A stretch of DNA of 47,815 bases from Malacoraja senta (taxonomy: Eukaryota). Shown here in pieces: positions 23,670 through 35,426 of this stretch (within the stretch, counting starts at the first letter, position 1; every line of letters starts with the position of its first letter). A model generated the notes under the pieces. The model was not told the origin of the DNA. It searched no databases and worked only from the letters and a program-made list of their open reading frames with translations. The stretch is from assembly GCA_038087875.1 (NCBI GenBank), contig JAXLNO010001955.1, positions 124,001-171,815 on the forward strand, written 5' to 3'. Both the position numbers and the translations under genes were made by a program.

Positions 23670-24600
23670 TCGGGGCTCAAGGGTGGGAACAAGAGGGAGA
23701 GATTGGGCAAGCCAGGGCTTTATTCCATGGAGCACAGGAGGCTGAGGGGTGATCATATAGGGGTGCTTAAAATCATGAGGGGAATTGATAGAGTGTATGC
23801 CCAGAGCCTTTTACCCAGAGAAGGAGAATCAAATAACCAGAGGACATGGGTTTAATGTGAGAGGGGGAAGATTTAATTGGAACTTGGGACAATCTTTGTG
23901 CTCAGAGAGTGGTCAGCATATGGAATGACCTGCCAGAGAATGGAGTTGCGGCAGGTACAATAACAATATTTAATAGACACATGGACAGGGACATGCATAG
24001 GTAGATATAAATGCTGGAGAAACTCAGCGGGTGAGGCAGCATCTCTGGAGCGAAGGAAATAGGCAACGTTTAGGGCCGAAAACCCTTCTTCAGACTGATG
24101 TGAGGGTGGGGGGAATGGGGGGGGGCAGGAAGAAGAAAGGAAGAGGTGGAGTCAGTGGGCTGAGGGAGAGCTGAGAAGGGGAGGAGAAAGTAGGGACTAC
24201 CTGAAATTAGAGGTCAATGTTCATACCGCTGGGGTGTAAACTGCCCAAGCGAAATATGAGGTGCTGCTCCTCCAATTTACGGCGGTCCTCACTCTGGCCA
24301 TGGAGGAGGCCGAGGGTAGAAAGGTCGGATTTGGAATGGGAGGGGGGAGTTGAAGTGCTGATCCACAGGGAGATGAGGTTGGTTGTTGCGAACCGAGCGG
24401 AGGCGTTTGGCGAAACGATCGCCAAGCCTGCGCTTGGTCTCACCGATGTAGAGCAGCTGACATCTAGAGAGAAACGTTTTGAATGATGTCTACCGATTCC
24501 AGGGTAAATGGGACTAGCTTAAATGGGGTATCTTGATTAGCATGGACAAGTTGGGCCAAAGGGCTTGTTTCCCTGCTGTGTGACTCTCTATGACTGCTTT
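23670..24600 (+). mobile_element. Old CR1 3' fragment interrupted by a minus-strand Penelope fragment (about 24010-24470)
   Basis: CR1: LGKPGLYSMEHRRLRGDHIGVLKIMRGIDRV. Penelope: SHSKSDLSTLGLLHGQSEDRRKLEEQHLIFRLGSLHPSGMNID. Confidence 0.8.
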
Positions 24601-24839
24601 ATAGCAAAGAGCGCTGCTGCCTCACAGCGCCAGTGATCCGGGTTCAATCATCTCCAGTGCAGTCTGTGTGGAGTATAAGCATTCTCCCTGTGACAATGTT
24701 TGTTCTCCAGTTTCCTCCCACATACCAAAATGTGCTGAATTAGTAGATTAAGCCACCGCTGCAAATAGAGGTGGATTTGTGGCATTGATAGAAATGAGGA
24801 AGATCCGTTTTGGGGCAAATTAGTGTTGGAATAATTTTG

Positions 24840-24946
24840 TTCTCTGGGTAAAAGGCTCTGGGCATACACTCTATCAATTCCCCTCATGATTTTAAGCACC
24901 CCTATATGATCACCCCTCAGCCTCCTGAGTGGGCTCAGGAGGCTGA
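24840..24946 (-). repeat. 88-bp perfect inverted copy of 23735-23822 followed by a 13-bp snap-back hairpin
   Basis: 24840-24927 is the exact reverse complement of 23735-23822. 24917-24946 = TCAGCCTCCTGAG-TGGG-CTCAGGAGGCTGA. Confidence 0.9.
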
Positions 24947-26672
24947 AAGACCTCTTTCTCTGTCACATGGAATTATGGGCAGTTATTTATCCTTGAATTG
25001 CCTTCTTTCTCATTTTAGTCAACAATGTAAAATTGAACTAATTGTCTGGATTGAACTATTTAACAATTGTAGATGAAAGGAAGAGCAGAGGCTGCTTTCC
25101 TCCAGACACAAAGTGCTGAGGAACTCAACGGGTCAAGCGGCATCTTTGGAGAACATGGGAAGGCAGATATTTCGGGTGAGGATCCTACTTCAGACTGAAG
25201 TTGGGTCACATTAGAACATGCTTTGTACTCACACTCGCAGTCCAGTGTTAGTTTTCAAGGATTTTTTGTTATTCACAGCTTGTAGTTGTTACATATTCAG
25301 CAGAGAGAAGACGAGACAAACTAAAGCACCTGCAAAACTCAACTAAAAGACCGCAGAAAGAAGCTTGAAAAGAAGGCTCTTATCTAAACAACGTACTTTC
25401 AAGAGAGAGTTAGATTTAGCTCTTAAGGCTAAAGGAATCAAGGGATATGGGGGAAAAGATTAGTTAAAACAAATGTAGGTCCCTTGCAGTCAGAAACAGG
25501 TGAATTGATCATGGAGAACAAGGACATGGCAGACCAATTGAATAACTACTTTGGTTCTGTCTTCACTAAGGAAGACTTAATTAACTGCCGGAAATAGCAG
25601 GGGACCGGGGGTCAAATGAGATGGAGGAACTGAGTGAAATCCAGGTAGCCGGGAAGTGGTGTTAGGTAAATTGAATGGATTAAAGGCCGATAAATCCCCA
25701 GGGCCAGATAGGCTGCATCCCAGAGTACTTAAGGAAGTAGCCCCAGAAATAGTGGATGCATTAGTGATAATTTTTCAAAACTCTTTAGATTCTGGAGTAG
25801 TTCCTGAGGATTGGAGGGTAGCTAATGTAACCCCGCTTTTTAAAAAGGGAGGGAGAGAGAAAACGGGGATTACAGGCCAGTTAGTCTAACATCGGTAGTG
25901 GGGAAACTGCTAGAGTCAGTTATTAAAGATGGGATAGCAGCACATTAGGAAAATGGTGAAATCATTGGACAAAGTCAGCATGGATTTATGAAAGGTAAAT
26001 CATGTCTGACGAATCTTATAGAATTTTTCGAGGATGTAACTAGTAGAGGGAGAACCAGTGGATGTGTTATATCTGGACTTTCAGAAGACTTTCGACAAGG
26101 TCCCACATTAGAGATTAATATACAAACTTAAAGCACACGGTTATGGGGGTTCAGTATTGATGTGGATAGAGAACTGGCTGGCAGACAGGAAGCAAAGAGT
26201 AGGAGTAAACGCGTCCTTTTCAGAATGGCAGTCAGTGACTAGTGGGGCACCGCAAGGCTGAGTGCTGGGACCCCAGCTATTTACAATATATATTAATGAT
26301 TTGGACGAGGGAATCGAATGCAACATCTCCAAGTTTGCGGATGACACGAAGCTGGGGGGCAGTGTTAGCTGTGAGGAGGGTGCTAGGAGGCTGCAAGGTG
26401 ACTTGGATAGGCTGGGTGAGTGGGCAAATGCAAGGCAGGTGCAGTATAATGTTGATAAATGTGTCCACTTTGGTGGCAAAAACAGGAAAGTAGACTATTA
26501 CCTGAATGGTGGCCGATTAGGAAAAGGGGAGATGCAACGAGACCTGGGTGTCATGGTACACCAGTCATTGAAAGTAGGCATGCAGGTTCAGCAGGCAGTG
26601 AAGAAAGCGAATGGTATGTTAGCATTCATAGCAAAAGGATTTGAGTATAGGAGCAGGGAGGTTCTACTGCAG

Positions 26673-26770
26673 GTACACAAAATTGCTGGAGAAACTCAGC
26701 GGGTGCAGCAGCATCTATGGAGCGAAGGAAATAGGCAACGTTTCAGGCCGAAACCCTTCTTCAGACTGCA
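26673..26770 (-). mobile_element. Single hammerhead-motif repeat unit with 12-bp target-site duplication
   Basis: GTTCTACTGCAG at 26661-26672 and 26771-26782; the uninterrupted CR1 at about 2351 has one copy. Insert (minus strand) contains CTGAAGA-A-GGGT-TTCG-GCCT-GAAAC-GTT. Confidence 0.85.
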
Positions 26771-27200
26771 GTTCTACTGCAGTTGTTCAGGGTCTTGGTG
26801 AGACCACACCTGGAGTATTGTCTACAGTTTTGGTCTCCTAATCTGAGGAAGGACATTCTTGCCATAGAGGGAGTACAGAGAAGGTTCACCAGACTGGTTC
26901 CTGGGATGTCAGGACTTTCATATGAAGAAAGACTGGATAGACTCGGCTTGTACTCGCTAGAATTTAGAAGATTGAGGGGGGATCTTATAGAAACTTACAA
27001 AATTCTTAAGGGGTTGGACAGGCTAGATGCAGGAAGATTGTTCCCGATGTTGGGGAAGTCCAGAACAAGGGGTCACAGTTTAAGGATAAAGGGGAAATCT
27101 TTTAGGACTGAGATGAGAAAAACATTTTTTACACAGAGAGTGGTGAATCTCTGGAATTCTCTGCCACAGAATGTAGTTGAGGCCAGTTCATTGGCTATAT

Positions 27201-28911
27201 ATATTTTTTATTTTTTTATTTTTTATTTATTTTTTAGAAGTATTTTACATTACAGTAATCTGCAATAACGTAAATTTATACAGTTCTTGTACCACTTCTG
27301 TTTTTCAACTTTAATAGAAAAGAAGAATAGAAAGAACTAGCAAGGACAGTCAGTGAGTGAATGAAAAAGTGGTCCAGGAACACACATGTGAACCTAAACC
27401 ACAAGAAATAGTTAAAGAAGAAAAGAAAAAAAGAGAAAAAAGAAAATAAGATAGGACAATATGAAAGGGATGTGCCTTTTTCTTATCTGTACTCACCCCT
27501 CGCCAGGACCTAAAACCATTTATTATCAACATTTTGTTGCACCCTATGTTTGTAATAGGTCGATATATGGAGACCAAATCTTTTGGAATTGGTCTTGTTT
27601 ACCTGCTAGGAGGAATCTCATATCTTCTAGATGTAACAATTCCGACATATTAGAAGTCCACATTTTTATTGTTGGCGTAGGAGCATTTTTCCAAAATTTC
27701 AGTATTAATTTTTTTTGCCGTTATTAAGCCATAACTAAGAAAACTCCTTTGAAACAAAGTCAGCTCCAAACTTGCTTCTATTGTTCCAAAAATAATCAGT
27801 TCTGCATTCGGTTTCAGTTTTATTTAAAATAATTTAGTGAAAATTTCAAAAATTTCATTCCAAAATTTTTGAACTTTTATACAAAAAACAAAAGAATGTG
27901 CTGTAGTTGATTCTTGGACTAGGCATTTATCACAGTTTGCAGAGGTATTTGGGTAAAATTTACTTAATTTAGCTTTTGAATAATATAATCTATGTAAAAT
28001 TTTAAATTGAATCAGAGTATGTCTTACGTTAATCGAACATTTATGCACATATAATAGATGTTTATCCCAACTCTCTTTCGAGATTTTTATAGCTAGTTCC
28101 TGTTTCCATTCTCTTCTGATCCCGTCCGATGATGGAATTTCTATATTTAAAATGGAATTATATAGGTATGATATTAAATTAGCTGATTCCGCTTTTATAT
28201 TCATTATCCCATCTAATAAGTCAGGAGAGATATTTTGATATTCCCGTGTATACTTTTTCAAATAGTCACGTAGTTGGAAATATTTAAAATATTGATTATT
28301 ATTCAAGTTATATTTAAGTTGTAATTGGTGAAATGTTAAAAAACTTCCGTTATCATACATATCTCCAAACGTTTTAATTCCTGCTCTTTCCCAATTTATA
28401 AAAGCTCTATCTATCATAGAAGGTTTAAACGAAGGATTATTCATTATAGGTGAAAGAAGTGATAGATTTCTTAATTTTAACAATAATTTTATTTGTTTCC
28501 AAATTCTAATTGTACTGTGAATAATTGGATTTTTACTATATATTGTATTCTTTATTTTTGTTGGTGAGAGAAGGATCGCTCCTATGTTAAAAGGGGAGCA
28601 GTCCTCTCTCTCCATTACTATCCAATCCATCTGCTGGGCCGAATTGTCCAACAGGTGAATCATATTTTTGACATTTGTGGCCCAGTAATAATATAAAAAA
28701 TTGGGGAGTGATAATCCACCAAATTCCTTAGGTTTACACAAATGTTTTCTTTGGATTCTGTGGGATTTATAGTCCCATATAAAATTTATAATATCAGCAT
28801 CCAATTTTTTAAAAAACATTTTGGGTAAGTATATCGGTATTGACTGGAATAGATATAAAATTTGTGGTAAAAAGATCATTTTTATAGCATTTATTCAGCC
28901 TATAAGAGACA
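27201..28911 (-). mobile_element. 5'-truncated L1-clade LINE (ORF2 C-terminus, 3' UTR, A-rich tail)
   Basis: ORF 27824-28879 with LPQILYLFQSIP, GGLSLPNF, and CDKC..HSFVFC zinc knuckle. 13-bp TSD TCATTGGCTATAT at 27188-27200 and 28912-28924. Confidence 0.93.
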
Positions 28912-29696
28912 TCATTGGCTATATTTAAGAGGGATTTAGATGTGGCCCTTGTGGCTAAAGGGATCAGGGGGTATGGAGAGAAGGGAGGTACAGGATACTG
29001 AGTTGGATGGTCAGCCATGATCATATTGAATGGCGGTGCAGGCTCGAAGGGCCGAATGGCCTACTCCTGCACCTATTTTCTGTGTGTCTATGTTTCTAAA
29101 AGCAGGAATGGGGTACTGATTCTAGATGCAGGCATGATCATATTGAATGGCGGTGCTGGCTCGAATGGCCGAATGGCCTACTCCTGTGCCTATTTTTCTA
29201 TGTTTCTATAATTAGTATACATTCGGCTATTTGTGGTGTTTCTTGAAAACACGAAGACGAGAGAATGTAAAGGATCTGCAGAACAACTAAAAGACTGCAG
29301 AAAGCAGCTTGAAAAGGAGGCTCTTCATCGATACAACATAATTATGTTTTATTCAGCTATCATTGTTTGTAGAGTTTCTTATTGGAATGAAAACATCATC
29401 CAAGTTTTGACCTTTCCTTATTACTCCTGGTCCCAGGGGCATGGTTGGCATTAGCTCATTACCTTCATCCTAATAAAGGGTTGTTGTTCACAGTTGTGCC
29501 TAGATTTTTATCAATTATAACCTTGAGTTCACAAACTGTTCTTTGTCTCTGGGCTAAAGTTCACAGACTCTCCTTTTCAAGGAGTGAGCAGTTTTAAGCA
29601 AACTGACTTCAGCAAATCCTTACAAATTCCATCAACCCCCCCCCCCCCCACTTTGATTCATCAATCAATGCCAGAGGGAATGAATCATCTAAGTAA

Positions 29697-30370
29697 AGGG
29701 GCCTGTCCCACTTACGTGTCCTTGGAACGCAAATTACGCGTTGAGCCGCGATGGTCTGACGAAGGTCGGGCGCGATTACATGCGTACGCACAGCCGTCTG
29801 GAGCGTGTGACACATTATTTGAAGATGGACACAAAGCTGGAGTAAGCCAGTGGGACCGGCAGCATCTCTGGAGAGAAGCAATGGGTGACGTTTCATGTCG
29901 AGACTCTTCTTCAGTCTGAAAAGAAGGGTCTTGACCCGAAACGTCACCCATTGCTTCTCTCCAGAGATGCTGCCGGTCCCGCTGACATTTTGTGTCTATC
30001 TTCAATTTTCTTGGCCCCGCTCTGGGAGTAGAAGTGGGGGCGGATCCGGACCTCAACGGCCGTGAGCCCCAGGCCGAGTTCGGCGATCGTTTGCCTGCTT
30101 CTGCTCCTGTTGAAAGTGAGACTTTGCGTCGCGCCAGGGTCTTGGGCCTGTCCCACTTTGGCCGTCAGTTCCGCGACAGGCCGTTGGCGCGCGAAGATTT
30201 AGTTCACTACAAAATTATCGGAGCCCCGCGCGATGTCGCGCACAACTCCATACCCCTCCGCGCTTCCAAGTGGGACCGGCCCCGCGCGGCCATACGATGC
30301 CCGTGCGCCTCAACGTGACCACAAGGTCGCATAATTTGTGTGCCAAGGACACGTAAGTGGGACAGGCCCT
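29697..30370. mobile_element. PIF/Harbinger-type MITE
   Basis: TIRs AGGG(G)CCTGTCCCACTTACGTGTCCTTGG at both ends; TAA on both flanks (29694-29696, 30371-30373); CpG-rich body. Confidence 0.85.
29819..30005. repeat. 187-bp fold-back of two back-to-back hammerhead-repeat units
   Basis: TTGAAGATGGACACAAA ... TTTGTGTCTATCTTCAA, symmetry centre TCAG-T-CTGA near 29915. Confidence 0.9.
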
Positions 30371-30734
30371 TAAAAATATCAAGGAAAGGTAGCGCAGCTA
30401 CACATCACTGGATATCTTTAACCTGTTCAATGCCACCGCCGAGTACACTAGGGGTCATGGCCAATAGTGAAAAATAAACTTGGCAGTGAACAGCTTAATG
30501 GTCTCCATATTTTAGAGAAAGCCTTCAATGCCCATGAGGGGTGAGCCTTATTATATCTATGTTTCTCTAAATATAGGAAGCACTTTTGTGGTAAAAGATG
30601 GGTCAGCTCGGGCCTCGAAAAGATCCAACCTTATGTGCAGCTTTATATTTGTTTATATGCAATAAGCAAAAAGAACACAATAGAAGATAAAACATGATAA
30701 TAACTATAAGCAAAGCCAAGAGATCGTGGCCTTA

Positions 30735-30926
30735 CACGAGTTGCTGCCTTGCAGCACCAGAGACCCTGGTTTGAACCTGACTACGAGTGGTGACTGTACG
30801 GAGTTTGCATGTTCTCCCCGTAACCTGTGTGGCTTTTCTCTGAGATGTAGGTAAATTGGCTTGGTGTAAATGTAAATTGTCCCTAGTATGGGCTGAAGGG
30901 CCTGTTTCAGCACTGTATCTCCAAAG
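30735..30926 (+). mobile_element. V-SINE/HE1-like SINE whose tail is split by the hAT element
   Basis: Ends ...GCACTGTATCTCCAAAG; the tail resumes CTCTAAAGCTTAAAACTAAA at 35551. Confidence 0.75.
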
Positions 30927-31360
30927 CAGTGGGGGGGTCGTGACCCCCAAGGGGGTCGTTTGGGGTTTTCCGGGGGTCATGAAGGGGTTGTAAAGAACAT
31001 CAATTTGTTGAGCCCATTTTTAGGAACCTAACAAAGGTACATACCACACACAGTTTTTTATTCACGTATGCGCGTACGTATACACGGGGCCTATGAGAGG
31101 GGGGTGCAGGGGGTACATCGTACCCGGGCTCGGAGTCCAAAAGGGGCCCGGGAGCTGAAGGAAGGGGGGGGGGGGCGGGAATTTCCTGAAATCTCAGAAA
31201 TTTTTTGCATATATTTTGTGAAGACTAGCATTCACATTTTGTGCCTTCAGAGTTTTATATATCGTAATTCGTAGAAATTGTGATCCATAATAAAGCAGGG
31301 AATTTTCACAAGCGGATGTGTGGTCGGGGTAACCTGATTAAAAGAGGGGGAAGGGGAAGA

Positions 31361-31960
31361 CCCATCACTACTGATGGATCCTCCCTGTAGGAGGAGGGAG
31401 AGCACTAGGACCCAGCAGAGTCATCACTACTGATGGGTCTTCTGTGTAGGTGGGGGGGAGCACTAGGACCCAACAGAGTCATCACTACTGATGGATCCTC
31501 CCTGTAGGAGGAGGGAGAGCACTAGGACCCAGCAGAGTCATCATTACTGATGGATCCTCCCTGTAGGAGGAGGGAGAGCACTAGGACCCAACAGAGTCAT
31601 CACTACTGATGGATCCTCCCTGTAGGAGGAGGGAGAGCACTAGGACCCAGCAGAGTCATCACTACTGATGGGTCTTCCGTGTGGGGGGGCAGGGGGGGGG
31701 AGCACTAGGACCCAGCAGTCATCACTACTGATGGGTCTTCCCTGCAGGAGGGGGGAGAGCACTAGGACCCAGCAGAGTCATCACTACTGATGGGTCTTCC
31801 CTGCAGGAGTAGGGGGAGAGCACTAGGACACAGCAGAGTCATCAATACTGATGGGTCTTCCCTGCAGGAGGGGGGGGGAGAGCACTAGGACACAGCAGAG
31901 TCATCAATACTGATGGGTCTTCCCTGCAGGAGGGGGGGGGGGGGAGCACTAGGAACCAGC
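31361..31960. repeat. Minisatellite, 10 units of about 59 bp
   Basis: Unit AGAGTCATCACTACTGATGG(A/G)TC(C/T)TCCCTG(T/C)AGGAGGAGGGAGAGCACTAGGACCCAGC. CACTAGGA occurs 10 times; the G tract varies in length. Confidence 0.95.
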
Positions 31961-32574
31961 AATCAGACCATGTGCTGTCTGCATGGTTTAGGTTGTGGGC
32001 CTGGTGCTATGCCGGGAACTCTGGTGAGGTGATGGCTCTGGCCCGCTGGTGGCCGGTGGAGAGGCGAGGGTCGGCAGAGTCGCTGGTGGAGGCCCGTGGG
32101 GAGCTGGAGTAGAGATATGGGCAGCAGCATCATTGGCTTTCTGAAGACAGTGAAGGTCGGCGACAGTGGCTGCGGTGGCCTCGCCCGGGGAGGTGGTGAG
32201 AGTCAGGAGCCGCGGCTGTTTCAGTGGTCCGGGCCTGGGTTTGGGTCAGTGTGTGGATGGGTGGGTGTGAGTGAGTGGGTGAGGGTGTGTGTGTGTGTGT
32301 GTGGATGTGTGTGGGTGTAGGTGAGTGAGTGTGTGTCTGAGTGTATGTGTGTGTTAGTGGGAGGGTGAATTTTATAAATGAAGTTAAAACCATTAGATCT
32401 GTTGAACTTGTTAACAGACTATTGACTTGGTAACCTGTTTCCAAATGTTTGTGTTAGCTTCAGAATACTATTAACAATTCCAGCAACAGTAGCTTCTGCA
32501 GAGGTCATTTAGCAAACTCAAGCTGATTAAGGTCGACAATGTCTCATGAACGTCTTGTGGATTTGGCCAGGCTA

Positions 32575-33055
32575 AGTATTCAAAGTCAGTTTTATTCATC
32601 ACATACACCCGAAGGTGCAGTGAAGTGAATTTGCCAGCAGTGATACACGTAAAAAGAACACACAATACACAATAAAATTGAACACAAACATCCACTACAG
32701 CATTCTTCACTGTGGTGGAAGGCAACAAGTTTCAGCCAGTCCTCCTCCTTTGTTCACCTGTGTTCGGGGCCATAACCCCTCCGTAGTCGCATCTAGGGAC
32801 GGACCAATGTACAAGGCCCTCTCGTCGGGATGATCCAAACTCTGACGTTGGGACGGACAAACACACTCTGCGGCTTGGAGGTCCCGACTCGGCACTTTCC
32901 TAGTGGAGACCGCAGCTTCAGGATGTTATAGGCCGCAGGCCAGCGGTTCGAGCTCGTCTCTGGTGATCCCCGGCAAGGGATCCCAGGATCCGGATGGTAA
33001 GTCCACGCCACGCCCGCGGCTAGAAGCTCCGCAGACCACAGCTCCACGGTGTCAA
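32575..33055 (-). mobile_element. Unclassified CpG-rich non-autonomous retroposon, copy 1 (inside the hAT)
   Basis: Shares ACTGTG(G/A)TGGAAGGC and GATGGTAAGTCC with copies 2 and 3, and GCGGCTTGGAG with copy 2; similar A-rich LINE-like tail. Confidence 0.55.
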
Positions 33056-33677
33056 CGTATTGAATCAATAGTATTGAATCATACATTGCCAGAACAATAC
33101 ATTTTCATGCTGTGATTTGACATTTTTCACACAAAAAAGGCCAGGAAAGCTCTTTATATAAAGTAAATTTATATAATAAAAGTAAAACTTTTACTTTTTA
33201 CTAATAATTATGTATTTTGATGATATGATCTGCATTGAAACATAAAAGGATGTTTCAATGTGAATTCTTTCTCCTTATCTGTATTGTAGCATAAACAAAG
33301 ATGTTCACAACAAAGGTAGATAAAATGCTGGAGAAACTCAACGGGTGAGGCAGCATCTATAGAGTGAAGGAAAACAAATGTGCTTGCTGATCCTTTTATG
33401 TTATTTATACTTATTTATATTTATCATGGAGGGTGTATAGGGACATAAGGCCTCAAATGCAGAAAATCAACAGAGCGCCCCATTCCACCCCTCTCTCATC
33501 TTCCGTACCCCTTTTTGCCGTGCAGGCTACAGCTCATGGCATAAAACTGTAGCATAGTGGATAAAAACAGGATGACTAATGGAGAAGGGAAGGGGGCCCA
33601 AAATAAACTTTGTACCCACTGATAAAATTCCTCTGAGGCCCTGCGTATACACGCACAAACAGTGTGTGTTGTGAACC

Positions 33678-35426
33678 ATGTCTTCCAAGACGCGCATGTA
33701 TAGTGAAACATTTCACAAGTTGGGCTTCACAAGCATTGTTCCAAATCCGTGGTCAAGCTGCGATGTGTTCTCTGTGCCAAGGTGTTGAGTCACGAGAGCA
33801 TGAAGCCCAGCAAACTGAAGATCCATTTGGAGTCTTGTCACAGCAACCTGGCGGGGAAGAGCGTGGACTATTTCAAACGAAAAGAAGCCATAACTCAAGG
33901 GATCCCGCATCTATTCAACGGGTCACTGTGCTCATCAAAATGAAGCAGCGTTGGAGGCTTCATACCGGATTGCTTATCGAATCGCACAGACTAAGAAACC
34001 TCACAGCATCGGTGAAGAGCTTATCAAGCCATGCCTTCTCGAAACAGCGAAGTTGGCGCTGGGGGAAGAGCAGTCAAACAAGTTCAGGCAGATTTCCCTT
34101 TTGAATGACACAGTCAAAAGTAGAATCTCGGATATGAGTAATGATATTCTGCTGCAAGTAGTGAGGGCTGTGACGAGCAGTCCAGTGTATTCACTGCAAC
34201 TGGGCGAGTCAACAGATGTTGCCTCATGTTCCCAACTGCTAGTCTACATTCGTTACCTCGATGGAGTAGCCATGACGGAGGAGTACATGTTCTCGGAGCC
34301 ATTGGCTACTACCACTCGGGGAGAAGATGTGTTCAGAATGCTGGAAGCCTTCCTCATCAAACATGAGCTTGGCTGGAAATGCCTTGTTGGGATGTGTACA
34401 GATGGGGCACCTTCCATGGTCGGTTGCAGATCCGGTTTCCAAGACTTCGTGAATGATGTCGCTCCACATGTCTCCTTCCCCCACTGCATGATACATCGCT
34501 ATGCTTTAGCGATGAAGACTCTCCCTCTTGGTCTTCGAGAAGTGCTTTCAGATGTGGTGAAGATTGTGAACCACATCCGAGAGAGTGCAACAAACTCAAG
34601 AATCTTCAAGCGATGTGTGAAGAAATGGGCATCGATTTCACTATTCTGTTATTCCACACAGAGGTGCGCTGGCTTTTGCGTGGTAAAGTTCTCAATCATG
34701 TGATTCAACGTTGAGAGGAAATAGTGTTGTTCTTGGAGAGAAGGGGTACTGAGAAGGAGAATCAGCTTCATGAAAAGATGCAAGTTGAACTGTTCGTGAT
34801 GAAGGTTGCTTACTTGGTTGACTTCTTCGCTGAGGTGAATTCCTTGAACCTGTCGCTTCAAGGAATCCTCCCAATGGCATTCAGGAGGAACCTTTACCAG
34901 AGAACAGACGGTGACATGGCTATCTTCCCTGAGATGACGACTCTCCTGGATGCTACGCCTGATGCTGAATGCCACTTCCACGAGGAGATCTCAACCCACC
35001 TTCTGGCAATTAGTGAACCCATCGAACGTTACTTCCCCAGACTGGACGACCGCTCTCGTGATGAGTGGATGCTCTGACCCTTTTCCGTTGAAGACGGTGG
35101 CATCAGCGATACTGACGTGACCGAAGGTTGAATTTTACTGAATTCGTGAAGATGCGCAACTCAAGAGTGACTTCATGGAACAAGAGCTCGCCACGTTTTG
35201 GCTGAAAGTGAAGGAATGTCCTGCTCTTTCGAAGAGGGCCCTGACCCTATTGGTCCATTCCCCCTCAACCTCTCACTGTGAGGGTGGATTCTCAACTATG
35301 GTAACTCTGAAAACGAAGGTACGCAATAGGCTTGTGATCGACACTGACATGAGGTGCTGCCTGTCGAGCATTCGTCCACGTTTTGATTGCCTGATGACTG
35401 CGAAGCAATTTCAGCCATCCCATTGA
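33678..35426 (+). pseudogene. hAT transposase (ZBED5/SCAND3/Buster-like), frameshifted
   Basis: MSSKTRMYSETFHKLGFT, BED finger CVLCAKVLSHESMKPSKLKIHL, SLQLGESTD (first catalytic D appears as G), CTDGAPSM, HCMIH, TEVRWL, CEGGFS, ending KQFQPSH*. Confidence 0.92.

Larger units (their letters stand above)
25391..29210 (+). mobile_element. CR1 LINE (RT and doubled 3' tail) hosting a 98-bp hammerhead-repeat insertion and an L1 insertion
   Basis: KSPGPDRLHPRVLKEVA, LGPQLFTIYINDLD, KFADDTKLGG, VRPHLEYCLQFWSP. CR1 resumes at 28912; tail duplicated at about 29015-29210. Confidence 0.92.

Noticed and set aside
31361-31960. CRISPR-like array (regular repeats with a palindrome)
   Set aside because: Units are contiguous with no unique spacers, there are no cas genes, and the context is a vertebrate transposon.
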